Shown piece after piece: positions 12,960 to 27,813 of a stretch of 64,000 nt of DNA. The position numbers were made by a program, and so were the translations under genes. Under the pieces are notes generated by a model. It searched no databases. It worked only from the letters and a program-made list of their open reading frames with translations, and had not been told where the DNA came from. The DNA comes from Eledone cirrhosa (lineage: Eukaryota): assembly GCA_964016885.1 (NCBI GenBank), contig OZ024748.1, positions 50,530,001 through 50,594,000 on the forward strand. The letters run 5' to 3'. Each line of letters begins with the position of its first letter. The first letter of the stretch is position 1.

Positions 12960-13129
12960 AATGTTTGGTATGATGATGATGATGATGATGATTATGATGG
13001 TGATGATGATGATGATGATGATAAGTAAGGTACTAGTGTCTGGGATATGGATGAATTTAATAAAGTAAACATTTGCGACAATGGAAATGATGATGATGAT
13101 GATGGTGATGATGATGGTGATGATGATGG

Positions 13130-13170
<41 letters not shown>

Positions 13171-13243
13171 GTGGTGATGATGATGATGATGATGATGATG
13201 GTGATGATGGTGATGATGATGATGATGATGATGATGATGGTGG

Positions 13244-13314
<71 letters not shown>

Positions 13315-13425
13315 TTGATGATGATACTGAAAATTATGATAACGATAATGATAATAACGATAATGGTGATGATACTGATGAAAATATTGACGACGACAAT
13401 GAAGATGACGAAAATGATGATGATG
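12960..13425. repeat. (GAT)n tract
   Basis: Directly visible. Confidence 0.95.
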
Positions 13426-13543
13426 AGGGGGGGGGGTCGGCATAGGGACAGAAATGTCAATGATGATGATGAGGAGGGGGAGGGGTGGGTATAAGGACAG
13501 ACATGTCAATGATGATGACGCTGAAACGTAATTATTAACGTAC

Positions 13544-13741
13544 GGCGGTAGATTGGCAGTATCGGTAAAGGGTCGGGCGCCATTTTTTGCAGCAAAGAGT
13601 TACGGTCCTTTATGGTCTGAGTTCAAATCCTGCCAAAGTTAACTTTGCCTTTCATCCTTACGGGGGGTCGATAAAATAAAGTACCAGTAATACACTGGGA
13701 TAATTGCTGGCCTTGTGCCAAAAGTAGAAACAATAATTATT
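13544..13741 (+). mobile_element. SINE family A, full length with TSD
   Basis: A box TGGCAGTATCGG, B box GAGTTCAAATCC, TSD taattattaacgta. Confidence 0.9.
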
Positions 13742-13984
13742 AACGTAGAATTTGAAATATTTAGAGTACATACGATTAGAGTACAGGCGGAGAGTAACTG
13801 ATAACAGCGTCATCACCACCACCACGGTCCTCCTCCTCCTCCCCCACATCCTCCCCCTCCTTCTCCTGACCCACATCCTTCTTTCCACCACCTCCTTCTG
13901 CTCCTCAACCCACTCCTCCACCCCTCATCCCCCTCGTCCTTCTCCTCATCACAGTCATCATGGTAATCCTAAGCAGAGACAACA

Positions 13985-14356
13985 TAACCAACATCATCAT
14001 CACCATCACCGCCATCACCGCCACCACCACCGCCGCCATCACCATCATCACCATCATCACCACCATCAGCACCACCACCGCCATCACCATCATCACCATC
14101 GTCACCACCATCACCGCCATCACATTCACCATCATCACCACCATAATCACCACCATCAGCACCATCACAACTATCATCATCATCAGCATCATCACTATCG
14201 TCACCACCATCATCAGCACCATCACCACCATCACCATCACCATCATCACCATCACCATCATCACCATCAGGACCATCACCATCATCACCATCAAGACCAT
14301 CATCTTCCAGCTCATCATGAAAGACATCCTATTTCTCATCAGAGTCGACTTTGTAG

Positions 14357-14390
<34 letters not shown>

Positions 14391-14510
14391 TAATACCATC
14401 ATCATCATAGTCAACATCATCTTCATCATCATTCATATCATCATCATCATCATCATCGTCATCATCATATTCAACATCATCATCAACATCATCATCATTA
14501 ATATCATCAA
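13985..14510. repeat. (CAC/CAT)n tract
   Basis: Directly visible. Confidence 0.95.
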
Positions 14511-14531
14511 TGTTCTATGTAGCATTATTTC

Positions 14532-14714
14532 TTGGCAGTATAGGTAGAGGGTCGGACGCCATGCATTGACGCATAGAGCTACGGCCCTTGCCATTCTGAG
14601 TTCAAATCCCACCGAGGTTAACTTTGCCTATCATCCTTACGGGGTCGATGAAATAAAGTACCAGTAATGTACTGGGTAATTGCTGGCCTTGTGCCTAAAG
14701 TAGAAACAATTATT
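14532..14714 (+). mobile_element. SINE family A
   Basis: A and B boxes, central domain, tail. Confidence 0.85.
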
Positions 14715-14796
14715 TCAATTTATATATAATTTTACACCAACAACGTTGTTCTATTGTGTTATGTTGTTGTATTTCATGTTAGCATTCGAAGATTCC

Positions 14797-14830
<34 letters not shown>

Positions 14831-14831
14831 A

Positions 14832-14909
<78 letters not shown>

Positions 14910-15157
14910 TGTGTGTGTGTGTGTATGAATGTGCATGTGCGTATGTGCGTATGCGTGTATAAATATGTATATATACACACACATATATATATATATATAT
15001 ACATACATACAAACATACACACACACACATACACACGCACACACACACACACACATATATATGTATGTGGAATCTTAGACGTTATGGATATACATATTTG
15101 TACGTGCGTACGTGTGTGTGCGCGTGCGTAGGTGAATGCATACGTTTGTGCCTACGA

Positions 15158-15237
<80 letters not shown>

Positions 15238-15258
15238 ATATGTATATATATATATATA

Positions 15259-15322
<64 letters not shown>

Positions 15323-15351
15323 TATATATACATATGCATATACACATATAC

Positions 15352-15401
<50 letters not shown>

Positions 15402-15779
15402 CTGCTAGTTTTTGCAATTTCTTTAAGCTAATTCCAATCTATGATCAGATATAAGTTTTATATTCTATCTAAATTGCTGCTGTTTACCTTCAAATATATA
15501 TATAATTAACATGTTAGCTAGCGAGATGTTCTCACTACATCTTTTTCAGTTCTCATTCCTCTATAATGAAGCTCGTGTTCGTTAATCACGTGCTTTGTTT
15601 TATGTAAATGATTCATTGCAATATATAGTTAAAGGGGTAGATTAGAGGCAGGAATTATATGTAGCTGTGTACGTATATAAGTATGGATGTATCTGTGTAT
15701 GTGTGTCTGTATGTATGTATTTGTGTATGTATATATGTATGTATATATGTAAATATATATAAATATATATATATGTATG

Positions 15780-15810
<31 letters not shown>

Positions 15811-16289
15811 TTATGTTTGTGTGCGCGCGTGTGTATGTGTGTGTGCGTGTGTGTGTGTATGTGTGTGTATGCGTGTATGTGCATGTCTGTGCGTTTGCGT
15901 ATGTTAGCGTTTGTAATTATGCATCTATATATCCCAATATACTGTTACCAGAAACTCTCTATTTCTGTATATATATATATACATATACATACATACTTAT
16001 ATTCTTACACGTACGCACACTCACACACTCACACACTCACACACCCACACACACACTTATACACACACACATACAGACTGACACAGACACATATATGTAT
16101 ATATATATATATATATATATACATTTGTTGTGTTGACAATAACTTCAAAAGATTAAATCATGTGATCATAGGACTGGAAGTTTCTCACGTGCCGTAATGG
16201 ATGGATGGTCCTTCAAGAATCGTGCGAGACAAGGAAAGATCCCAGTGTAACACTTCAACTGGAGGAAAGTAGGTTGAAGATTTTTAACT

Positions 16290-16400
16290 AATAACTGTTT
16301 CTACTTTTGTCACAAGGCCAGGAAATACCCAGTGCATTACTGGTACTTTATTTCATCGACCCCGTGAGGATGAAAGGCAAAGTTAACCTGGGCGGGATTT
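16290..16400 (-). mobile_element. SINE family A, 5'-truncated
   Basis: Antisense 3' half. Confidence 0.8.
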
Positions 16401-16481
16401 CTAATAACACAGTCAAAATATCTCGCTTTGTACACGATGAGATGAAGATCAACTCACAGTATTATCTAAGAAATTTAAGTG

Positions 16482-16703
16482 AGGGCGGTGGATTGGCAGT
16501 ATTGGTAGAGGGTCGGACGCCATGCTTTGCAGCATAGAGTTACGGCTCTTTATGATCTGTGTTCCCAATTCCGCTGAGGTCAACTTAGCCTTTCATCCTT
16601 ACGGGGTCGATAAAATAAAGTAGCAGTCACGCACTGGGCTCGATTTAATCGACTTTCCGCTCCCTCCAAATTACTGGCCTTGTGCCTATATAAGAAACCA
16701 TTA
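16482..16703 (+). mobile_element. SINE family A, long variant with TSD
   Basis: Full copy; attatctaagaaat on both sides. Confidence 0.9.
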
Positions 16704-17060
16704 TCTAAGAAATCTAAACCAAAAATGTTATAAAGTTGCGTGGATGTCAAACACTGAGGCAGAAGATTAAAACCCCGCACTCAATAAATCAAGACACGCG
16801 TAATCTGAAAATATTTTCTCTGGCATTGGTAAAATGGTCGTATAGATAGAGGAGGAAAAGTGGGTCATACGGCCCTGGAAATTCATCCTGTCCGGATCCT
16901 CTTGAGCAATATCGAACTCAGTGTGTCGTCCGATAGATGTCGTTGTTCGGCCTTCGCAGGGATCATGTGATACATTTGATATTCATGATACACACACAAA
17001 GACATAAATACACACGCACACATACACAATATATATATTGGTCTTTCCTTAACACTTCTC

Positions 17061-17092
17061 ACCTGAGGAAGGGCTTATGCCCGAAACGTCGT
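17061..17092 (+). ncRNA. minimal hammerhead motif in a TA-flanked insert (17038-17183)
   Basis: CTGAGGA-A-GGGC-TTAT-GCCC-GAAACGTC; AATAAA at 17129; stem I is only 2 bp. Confidence 0.6.
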
Positions 17093-17180
17093 CCCCCAGC
17101 CACACCCCACTGTCCAGAGCGTGAAATTAATAAACATTCGTTGTACTGCCACTCTGTTTTGTCCCTGTTCAAATTTTTCC

Positions 17181-17264
<84 letters not shown>

Positions 17265-17373
17265 TAATATAAAAATGGCTTCTACAGGACTAGAACTGTA
17301 TCATTTGGGAGAAATCATCATGAAAGCCTGAGTACCTTACTTACTGTAGTTTCCCCCGATTGAACCCGCGATA

Positions 17374-17409
<36 letters not shown>

Positions 17410-17579
17410 ATACAATAACAGAGATAGTTTAAAGCTAAACTCTGACTGGTAACCATCTCACTCAACAAACATTAGGTTATATTTAAATATAAATCCAATT
17501 TAAGTGTTTGGGGTGCTAACAATATGTATAATGTGGAAAAAGCAGTTGTATTATTTTATGAGATATAATTAAAGTTAAA

Positions 17580-17670
<91 letters not shown>

Positions 17671-17677
<7 letters not shown>

Positions 17678-18016
17678 GTGAGGTTTTTTTTACAAAATGA
17701 AAAATAACCGAGGTGTCCTACACGAGTGGAAGTATAAAGAAAAAGGGATGAAATCGAAAATGCAACTGAAGTCTTATTTTTTTAAAAAATATATATATTT
17801 ATTTGGTTCCTTTACCGGTTTCGCAGTTCTTCTGCTTTTCAAAAGGTGAGTTGAGATGGAGGGTCTGTGGTTTTTCAGAAAAACCACAGACCCTCCATCT
17901 CAACTCACCTTTTGAAAAGCAGAAGAACTGCGAAACCGGTAAAGGAACCAAATAAATATATATATTTTTAAAAAAAATAAGACTTCAGTTGCATTTTCGA
18001 TTTCATCCCTTTTTCT
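17671..18016. mobile_element. palindromic Penelope-like/HHR insert in (TA)n
   Basis: 139-bp arms 17738-17876 and 17878-18016 with one mismatch, centre 17877; (TA)n on both sides. Confidence 0.85.
17908..17945 (+). ncRNA. variant type I hammerhead (U3-A8 core); mirror copy at 17809-17846 on the minus strand
   Basis: CCTT-TTGAAAA-GCAG-AAGAA-CTGC-GAAA-CCGG-TA-AAGG; AATAAA at 17951. Confidence 0.7.
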
Positions 18017-18188
18017 ATATATATATATATATATAAATATTGATATATGTATATATATAGATATTTGAATATTTATATTTTATGTGTGAGCGTAATTATG
18101 TATATACATGCATATATATTGATATGTATGCACACACAGATAGAAACATACAGAAGCACACACACATACACAGGCGCACACGCTCACA

Positions 18189-18253
<65 letters not shown>

Positions 18254-18466
18254 TTAATCGTTAGCAAAAAATGATTCCTCGTCGTATCTTGGTGTTCCAT
18301 ACACTCAGCGACACCTGCCGACAATATTAGATGATGGTAATCATTATAAATTGCTAAACTACTAATATATACTCTAAATGACTTATTAAGTGCTCATCTC
18401 TCAGTACACCTGCAGACTTGTATATATATATACATATATACATATATACATATACATACATATTTA

Positions 18467-18516
<50 letters not shown>

Positions 18517-18559
18517 CATATTTATATATGTATATATATATACATATATTTATATATAC

Positions 18560-18665
<106 letters not shown>

Positions 18666-19395
18666 GTGTGTGTATAAACATCGCATATACATGCCTGAAT
18701 TATGGTATTGTACGGTTTGTATACCTTCCTCGTGTAAGACAAACATCTAAATCAACATTTAACAGTATCATCATCTTTATCATCATCATCATCATCATCA
18801 TCGTTATCATCAACTTTATCATCATCATCATCATCATCATCGTTAACATCATCTTTGTCAACATCACTATTCATTATCAACGTTCCTGTTAATGATATCA
18901 ACAACATCGAATAATTATTAATTTTTTTTTATTATATAGCGAGTATTAAACTATTTTGTGTTTGACATTAAGTATTTTAAATATTAGATAGAAAAAATAT
19001 CTATAAAAAGTTTGGCTTCTGGTGATGATGCTAGACATGTAATTTTTCACCATTTGTTTAATAGAGCTCTGCAGGAATGTTTTCCTAAAAGGCGAACATA
19101 TCATCATATGTGAAATACACAGGCTTTGTTTCGTTTAAAACAAGTACCTCATCACATCGCGTGTTGTCACTCACGAAAATGTTTCAAAAGAAATTAAGAA
19201 TATTAAGCTTTTTTTTATCACAATTTTAGTCCGTTTCTTATTTTTTTGCACTTAAATGTTTGGAAGTGGGTAGAGGCAAATGATGTTTAATATCAGTCAA
19301 TAATGAAATTACAGACATACACACACTAACACACACAACCAGATACACACACTAACACTAACGCACACATATACTCACACACACGTATATAAACA

Positions 19396-19433
<38 letters not shown>

Positions 19434-19686
19434 TGTAGCTATGTATATGTACATGTGTTATATATATGTACATATATATATATATACACAGAAGTGTGTG
19501 TGTGTGTATGTGTGTGTGTGTGTGTGTGTGTATCTATATAGTAAAGAAGAAGCAACAGCAGCAACAGCAGCAACAGCAGAAAGAAGAATAAGAATAAGGA
19601 GGAGGAGAAGGAGGAGGAAGAGGAGGGGTAGGGGAGGAGAAAGACGAAGAGGAAGAAGATGTAGAATAAGATAAATTCTACGTGGG

Positions 19687-19741
<55 letters not shown>

Positions 19742-20015
19742 TCAATCGTTGTCTAAATAGAATGAACCACCTATTAATTTAATAGATACTTCATGATTTC
19801 GTGTTATATAAGGCACACAGTTGAAACCTTTGAATATAGTCGAATAATATTTGATATTTGTACCAGCGAAATATAATGTGAAATATAAGGACTGAACAGA
19901 GATGAAAGTTGTCTCTGACATAAAAGGAAAGGAATCGCATTTTAATTACTAACAGTATACTAGTCGATCTCTTGGTCCTGTGGAGAATATCGAGTAATTT
20001 AAAGGATGTCGTGCT

Positions 20016-20158
20016 CATGCGCAGAAATGCTATAAAATAGCTAATAAAATATAGTGAAGACCCTTAAAAGACGGGAAAAAATTACCCTCAACTTCATTTG
20101 GTGTCTTTAAGGATGTTGTCTCTATTCTAGAGGCTATTTTATAGCATTTCTGCGCATG
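20016..20158. mobile_element. MITE-like hairpin element
   Basis: Perfect 26-bp terminal inverted repeat catgcgcagaaatgctataaaatagc, plus inner ccttaaaagac/gtctttaagg. Confidence 0.6.
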
Positions 20159-20182
20159 CGTCCATCATACATTATATAAATT

Positions 20183-20367
20183 GTGGATTGGCAGTATCGG
20201 TAGAGGGTCGGACGCCATGCTTTCCAGCTTAGTTACGTCCCTTTACGAGCTGAGTTCAAATCCCGCCGAGGTTGACTTTGCCTTTCATCCTTACGGGGTC
20301 GATAAAATAAAGTACCAGTAATGCACTGGTTAATTGCTGGCCTTGTGCCTAAAGTAGAAACAATTAT
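20183..20367 (+). mobile_element. SINE family A with TSD
   Basis: Full copy; TSD attatataaatt. Confidence 0.9.
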
Positions 20368-20529
20368 ATAAATTACATTACTACTTATAATAATTTTTTG
20401 GTATTTAAATATATGCTCTGGAAATAGAAAAGTTTAACTAAGAAATTCCAATATTCACTGAAGAGTAGATTCGGTGAGGAATTCTTACGAATATTTATAT
20501 GAGCAATTGTGTGTTATAAGTATAAGGAC

Positions 20530-20750
20530 ACGGTAGACTGGTACTATCAGTGGAGCATTGGACAACATGCTTTGCGACAGAGTTACATTCCTTTACGTTC
20601 TAAGTTCAAATCCAACTGATGTTAGCTTTGCCTTTCATTCTTACGGCGTCGATAATTTAAAGTACCAGTAACGCACTGGGGTCGAGTTAATCGACTTTCT
20701 TCTCCCCCGAAGTTGCTGGCATTCTGCCTAGATCAGAAGTCGTTATTATA
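20530..20750 (+). mobile_element. SINE family A, long variant, diverged
   Basis: B box, central domain, GGGGTCGAGTTAATCGAC insert. Confidence 0.75.
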
Positions 20751-20939
20751 AGTACATGCATTCTGTGATCTGAGATACACTATATAAAATGGATGCTATA
20801 CCATTGCCACCACACCCCAGCAGATCAAACTGTTAGAAATATCAGCCAGCAGGCATGAAATTTACACTTTACCATCATAACAATTGAGCACACTTGATAA
20901 TCCATCCCCAGAGTCCCTGAACCTTTAACAAATATAAAC

Positions 20940-21290
20940 TATAATCCAATCCAATACCTTCTCACTCCTATTGGAGGAAACCCTCCCTGGTTAACTTCCA
21001 CCGCTTTCCATTTGGTTTTAATCAAGTCTGGGTTGTAGCCGGACTCACCACGTTTGACCAATAACGGACTGGTGAGGCTATTTCGCAAATAGTCGGGGTG
21101 GGTAACTAGTTCATCCACCTTTTTGACAGCTCTTTTTTTTTTAACTGTTAGTGTTCCACTTATCCACCTCAACCGACCAGTGCCTGGTGGGGGGAGCCGA
21201 TTTAGTCACCGATCAACCGACCCTGAAGCTAGTTGTACTAGGTTACATAGTACCAGTAGCAGGCAGTAGCCTGACCTGACTGCTGGAAAA
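20940..21290 (-). mobile_element. GC-richer non-coding repeat, possibly a non-autonomous RTE derivative
   Basis: Sharp compositional contrast with the flanks, several hairpins, short ATTGG-repeat end; RTE affinity is from memory only. Confidence 0.35.
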
Positions 21291-22087
21291 TTCATAAGAA
21301 AATATAAGTAAAATCTGTAATGTTCGTGACTTTCGTTATTTTCTTGATATAAAGAAAATGTTTATTCTATGGAATCGAAACTGAGCCACAGTCTCTAGCA
21401 CAAACCTATTTCGTGTTCAACGACAACCGTCTACCAACTATATAAATATTAATTAGAACATATAAACGTCCGTTTCTAAAAACACAATTACAAAAACTCC
21501 ACCCCCACCCTCAGAAACCACTATTGTTTTATATCAAATATATTTCCGCATGTCTAGATCTGATATTGGTTTATATTTAAATATCTTTGATACAAGTATC
21601 ATTAATTTAGCCTTTACTATTTTTATGTTAAAACTGTTGTTTTTTTCTTTTTCGTATTATTATTGTATAAAATTATTATTGTAGACAAAAATATCGATAA
21701 AAATGGCAATTTATTAAATTGACCGATCAAACATCGATCTCTTCATAAATATTATCTATCACTTAATTTACAAATTCAATTTACTGTTGATTCTCTTTTT
21801 ATGTTCGCCGAATACTTTGTATTTCAGTTGTTATGCCTGACTGGATATATTATCAGAGTCTTAAACCGTGCCTTGTGGAGTTCATATCACTCCAATAGAA
21901 TAGTGTTCTGTCAGGTACTAATAAGACTCTCTCTCTCTTTCTATCTCTCTTTCTCTCTCTCCCTCCCTCTCTCTGTCCGCCTCTTTATCTTTTTCTTTCA
22001 CATACACAAGCTCACACAGAGTATCTATCTTTTTACTTTATATAAATAAACACATCAACTACACATACAGTTGTACATAAACTCCCA

Positions 22088-22167
<80 letters not shown>

Positions 22168-22267
22168 AAATGAAGTTGGAAATAGCACGGGAGATATATT
22201 TAAGGGTCTGTTTTTCTGTTTTGATACGTCAAAGTGACATTAATGAAAAGATAGTGTTATTAAAAAG

Positions 22268-22392
22268 ATAATTGTTTCTACTTTAGGCACAAGGCCAGCA
22301 ATTAACCAGTGCATTACTGGTACTTTATTTTATCGACCCCGTAAGGATGAATGGCAAAGTCAACCTCGGCGGGTTTTGAACTCAGATCGTAA
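22268..22392 (-). mobile_element. SINE family A, 5'-truncated with TSD
   Basis: TSD aaaaagataat. Confidence 0.85.
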
Positions 22393-22724
22393 AAAGATAA
22401 TATTATTAAAAAAGGAGAGGGACAATTCTTTAAAAAAAAAAATGTTTTATGAAGTATATAAAGTATATGAGAAAATTACCGGTATCGATGTATTAAAATC
22501 CATCTTGTCAAATGTAGTGTAATAGTGTTGATAGGAGTAAAAAAAGAAAGGTTTAAACTCAAAATCAAAATCGAATGTTTGAATAAACTTTCTTCCATCC
22601 TGCTTCTTGAAAGGTTGGTTGGACATTTCACGTCACTTAGAAAGTGAGAATGCTAGTGGGTACTCATACCTTGCATTCTGTTGTTCTATTTTAGCTCTCT
22701 CACTTACTACCACTCTTTAATTAA

Positions 22725-23062
<338 letters not shown>

Positions 23063-23305
23063 TATATATATAATATATAGATATATATAAGTAATGTGTA
23101 CAGCACTCACTCCAAGGGAAGACGTTGAGTTCGCTCAACGAAACGCCATTGCTTACGTTTTTCCGTATGATGTCTTCATTGTCGTATTGAATGTAATCAT
23201 ATATATATTTAGATGTATGTAAAAGGTAATCAGAAATAACAACACAATCGGCACAGTATATGGAAGGAATATATTATTTTAACGCTTGAAATAGCAGGAA
23301 GATGG

Positions 23306-23341
23306 TCTTAATGTTTTGGACGCTAGTCCTTCATCACAAGA
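23306..23341 (-). ncRNA. degenerate minimal hammerhead
   Basis: TCTT-GTGATGA-A-GGAC-TAGC-GTCC-AAAACATT-AAGA; core substitutions at positions 3 and 12. Confidence 0.4.
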
Positions 23342-23515
23342 AAGAATGAGAAATAAGATAGATTGAAGGGGTGGAATTAGAAAAAAATCTCTTGAGATAA
23401 AAATAACAGTTTCATTCATTTATTAATGATAATAATAACAAAGGCAAGTTATTTTACATGTTCCTTTCATTGTTTTACCAACGTTTCGGAGGGTTGATAT
23501 TGATATATTGTCTGA

Positions 23516-23588
<73 letters not shown>

Positions 23589-23618
23589 ATATGTATATAT
23601 ATATATATGTATATATAC

Positions 23619-23699
<81 letters not shown>

Positions 23700-23700
<1 letters not shown>

Positions 23701-24119
23701 AAAAAATAGAGGTGTAACACACGAGTTGTGATATATTAGTAAAAGGAAAAGAAAATGGTGACAAATTTTTCCCAGTGAAAAATAGTTTAATTAGGAATAA
23801 GTATAAATTAGTAATAAGTATTGGTTAATATTCAGTTTTAGTTTTAAGTTTTTACCAGTTGCGCATTTCTAATGCTTTTCAAAAATAATTTTGAGATAGA
23901 GCGCTCGTGATGTTTGCTCTAATCAGATTAGAGCAAATATCGCGAGCGCTCTATCTCAAAATTATTTTTGAAAAGCATTAGAAATGCGCAACTGGTAAAA
24001 ACTTAAAACTAAAACTGAATATTAACCAATACTTATTACTAATTTATACTTATTCCTAATTAAACTATTTTTCACTGGGAAAAATTTGTCAGCATTTTCT
24101 ATTCCTTTTACTAATATAT
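23700..24119. mobile_element. palindromic Penelope-like/HHR insert in (TA)n
   Basis: 194-bp arms 23731-23924 and 23926-24119, about 4 mismatches, centre 23925; variant HHRs at 23965-24000 (+) and 23850-23885 (-). Confidence 0.85.
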
Positions 24120-24547
24120 ATAATTTTCTATGATTTTTCTGCATACTTATTTCAGTGTATATGTGTGTGTATTTTTAAATATTCATTAATCATTTATAGT
24201 CATATGGCAATCAAGTTTGTAAAACAAGCCTAACAAAATTACATAGATGCATTAAACATCATAACTTTGTAGAAGAAAACATCAAATTCTACAAACAAAC
24301 AAGTAGGTTGTAAATACATGATCAGTTCCAAAAATAGTATTAAAGTATTATATTGTATGTAAAGATAAGAGAAGATGGAATCTACGAAGATTGAATTGAA
24401 ATAGAATAATCAGATACCACGAGACAAAAACCAAATTTGATTACATATATTTACTTAAATCTGTATGTGTAAGAGATTTGCTACTACCCGTCAGATTAAT
24501 ACAAATGTGAATGGATTTGCATTTTCAACACCCACACAAATAATGAT

Positions 24548-24657
24548 AATAATTGTTTCTACTTTTGGCACAAGGCCAGCAATTATTCCAGTGTATTACT
24601 GGTACTTTATTTTATCGACCCCGTGACGATGAAAAGCAAAGTTAAGCTCGGCGGGAG
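24548..24657 (-). mobile_element. SINE family A, 5'-truncated (an older diverged copy follows to about 24895)
   Basis: Antisense 3' half. Confidence 0.75.
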
Positions 24658-24947
24658 ATGAAAAGACACCATACTGGAATGTAAGAAAATTGTTTCCAAT
24701 TGCTTCTATGTACATAGCTAGTAATATCGGGAAAGTACGGCTTAAACGAATGTGTCGACTACACGACTTGACTGGTATACCCACATCGATGGGATAAAAA
24801 AGGAAAAAAATATTGGTCTCAGTGGGATTTGAACTCAGAACTGAAAGAGTCGGAACAAATATCGAGAACTAATTTTTTTCAGCGCTCTAAGGATTTTGTC
24901 ATTCAACTGCATAGAAAACAACATTTAATGCATGAGACGACATTGTA

Positions 24948-24984
<37 letters not shown>

Positions 24985-25243
24985 GGAGGAGGAGGAGGAG
25001 GAGGAGGAGGAGGAAGAGGAGGAGGAAGAGGAGGAAGAAGAGGAGGAGGATAATGGTGACGATTAGGATGATGAAGTGGAGGAGGACGAAAATAACGGCA
25101 GCGAAAAAAGTGAGAATATGGATTAATGTAGAAAAAAAACCCCCCAAAAAATCTGCTCATCCTGACCAAAACTACCAACGAGAAGAATGGAAAGAAAGAA
25201 GAATATAGAAATCATAATAATAATTGTTTCATTTATTGGCAAC

Positions 25244-25290
<47 letters not shown>

Positions 25291-25699
25291 TTTCTTTATT
25301 AACCACAAGGGTTTACATAAAGTAGACATTAAGGACAGTACAGGACAATACAGGGCGGTACAAATGGGTATTTCTGCGTGTAAAAAAAGAAACAGAGGAT
25401 GTAATAATAGAACAATAATAATAATAATAATTGTAAGAATTATATAAAATAAAGATTGAAATAAAAATTGAAAGAAGATATAATTAGGAAAAGACACGCA
25501 CATATAGTCATACACACTCTCTCATTTGCATAATTACACGCACATATACACATACACATACTCTCTCATTTGCATAATGAAACTCCTCACATATAAAGAC
25601 ACACATAGAATAACACAGAAAGGAATATGTTTATTTAGATATTGGTTGAAGTAAGAATAAATATTGACAGACGGATAGGTACAACTATATAAACGGTTG

Positions 25700-26390
<691 letters not shown>

Positions 26391-26909
26391 ATTCTCTGCA
26401 ACGGAACCTATATCTGTAGGAGTGTATATCTGTGTGTTCGTGTGCGTGTATTTGTTTATATATTTGACAACGTTGATGTAATTTAATTTGAATAAAAAAA
26501 AAAATAACACTATTCTTTTTAAAGAAATAAAACCAGAAAATGGAAAGAACTAGATTGAAATGCAATATTAGGGGAAAAATGGGTAAAGAAGAGAGAGAAA
26601 GAGGGAGAGCTGATGGGAGAGGGGGACAGAGGGGACAGAGTGAGAGCGAGAGAAAGCGAGGGAAGGAGAGAAACAGAGAGGGTAAGAGAGAGAGATAAAA
26701 ATGTAGGGGAGAATGGTGTAGGAAGGAGATTTTCTATTGTAATAAGATTCTTTTGTGAAGTAACTTTCTAATTGTAGTGTTTACATTGCTTTAAACTCCG
26801 AAAGGTAAAAATGATGAGACAATTCCATACTTATATTGCTTTTTCTTTCGATTATTTCCTCAACCTTTCATGTTACCGAATATTATGTATGAATACATTC
26901 GTCTTTAAA

Positions 26910-26963
<54 letters not shown>

Positions 26964-27042
26964 GGTTGGGGAACCAAAAAATATATACACATTTCAACAG
27001 CATTCTAATAAATAAGTGCATACATTTTTGTGGACACCTTTT

Positions 27043-27147
<105 letters not shown>

Positions 27148-27766
27148 AACACACACACACACACACATATATAAATATGTCGATTCTCGCAACGTAACAA
27201 CCTACTGTATTGAGCTAAAGAACATCAGACTACGATTCTCTAACAGGATTGTCAAACGCCCAATATCGAATCGTCGTAGATTATGTGAGGGGCATATAAT
27301 CTGAAAAATACGCTCCCCGGAATATGAAAATGTCGCAGTGCATGAAATCCATATCATCGCTACACTACGCATTTCCAATATTTTTAATGCTTACTTTATT
27401 TTTAATGCTTATGTTATTTCTCCACGCACAGGCTATAACAATCATATAAAGAATTCATTACCAGATCAACTCCCTTAACACTCTTGATTACCTGCTTAAG
27501 TTCTTCTATTACACGTAACTCTCTGCCACACTATATAAACAAGACGCACGTGCTTGCCACACGTAAAACTATTGCACTCTATAACCGCTTAATTTCATGT
27601 ATTTTAACCTGTATTTTTGATTGTATCTTTTAATATGAATGTAATCTCTAAAGGTGTACTGCCACACTAAATGCTGTAATGAATGTTGACCCACAATATT
27701 TGCATATATATCTGTATGTCTCTTGGGTGAAAAGGAGGTCATATAAGTGTTCATTCAATAATAAAT

Positions 27767-27813
27767 TGCTCCGAAGAATCCAAACCTCGGTTTGGAGGAA
27801 ACAGTTGTAAGCA
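27767..27813 (+). ncRNA. type I hammerhead, U4C variant
   Basis: TGCT-CCGAAGA-A-TCCAAAC-CTCG-GTTTGGA-G-GAAA-CAGTTG-TA-AGCA. Confidence 0.7.

Noticed and set aside
12852-14547. Poly-Asp, poly-His and poly-Ile ORFs
   Set aside because: Trinucleotide microsatellites with no domain content
20454-20503. CTGAAGA...GAATATTTATA HHR-like motif
   Set aside because: Needs an indel in GAAA and stem II is bulged; too degenerate to call
23110-23150. HHR-like GTTGAG-TTCG-CTCAAC-GAAAC
   Set aside because: Stem II and GAAA are present but the core reads GGGAAGA and there is no UH site or stem I; possibly a dead relic
24675-24695. TGGAATGTAAG resembling a miR-1 seed region
   Set aside because: Match ends after about 10 nt and no precursor hairpin is present
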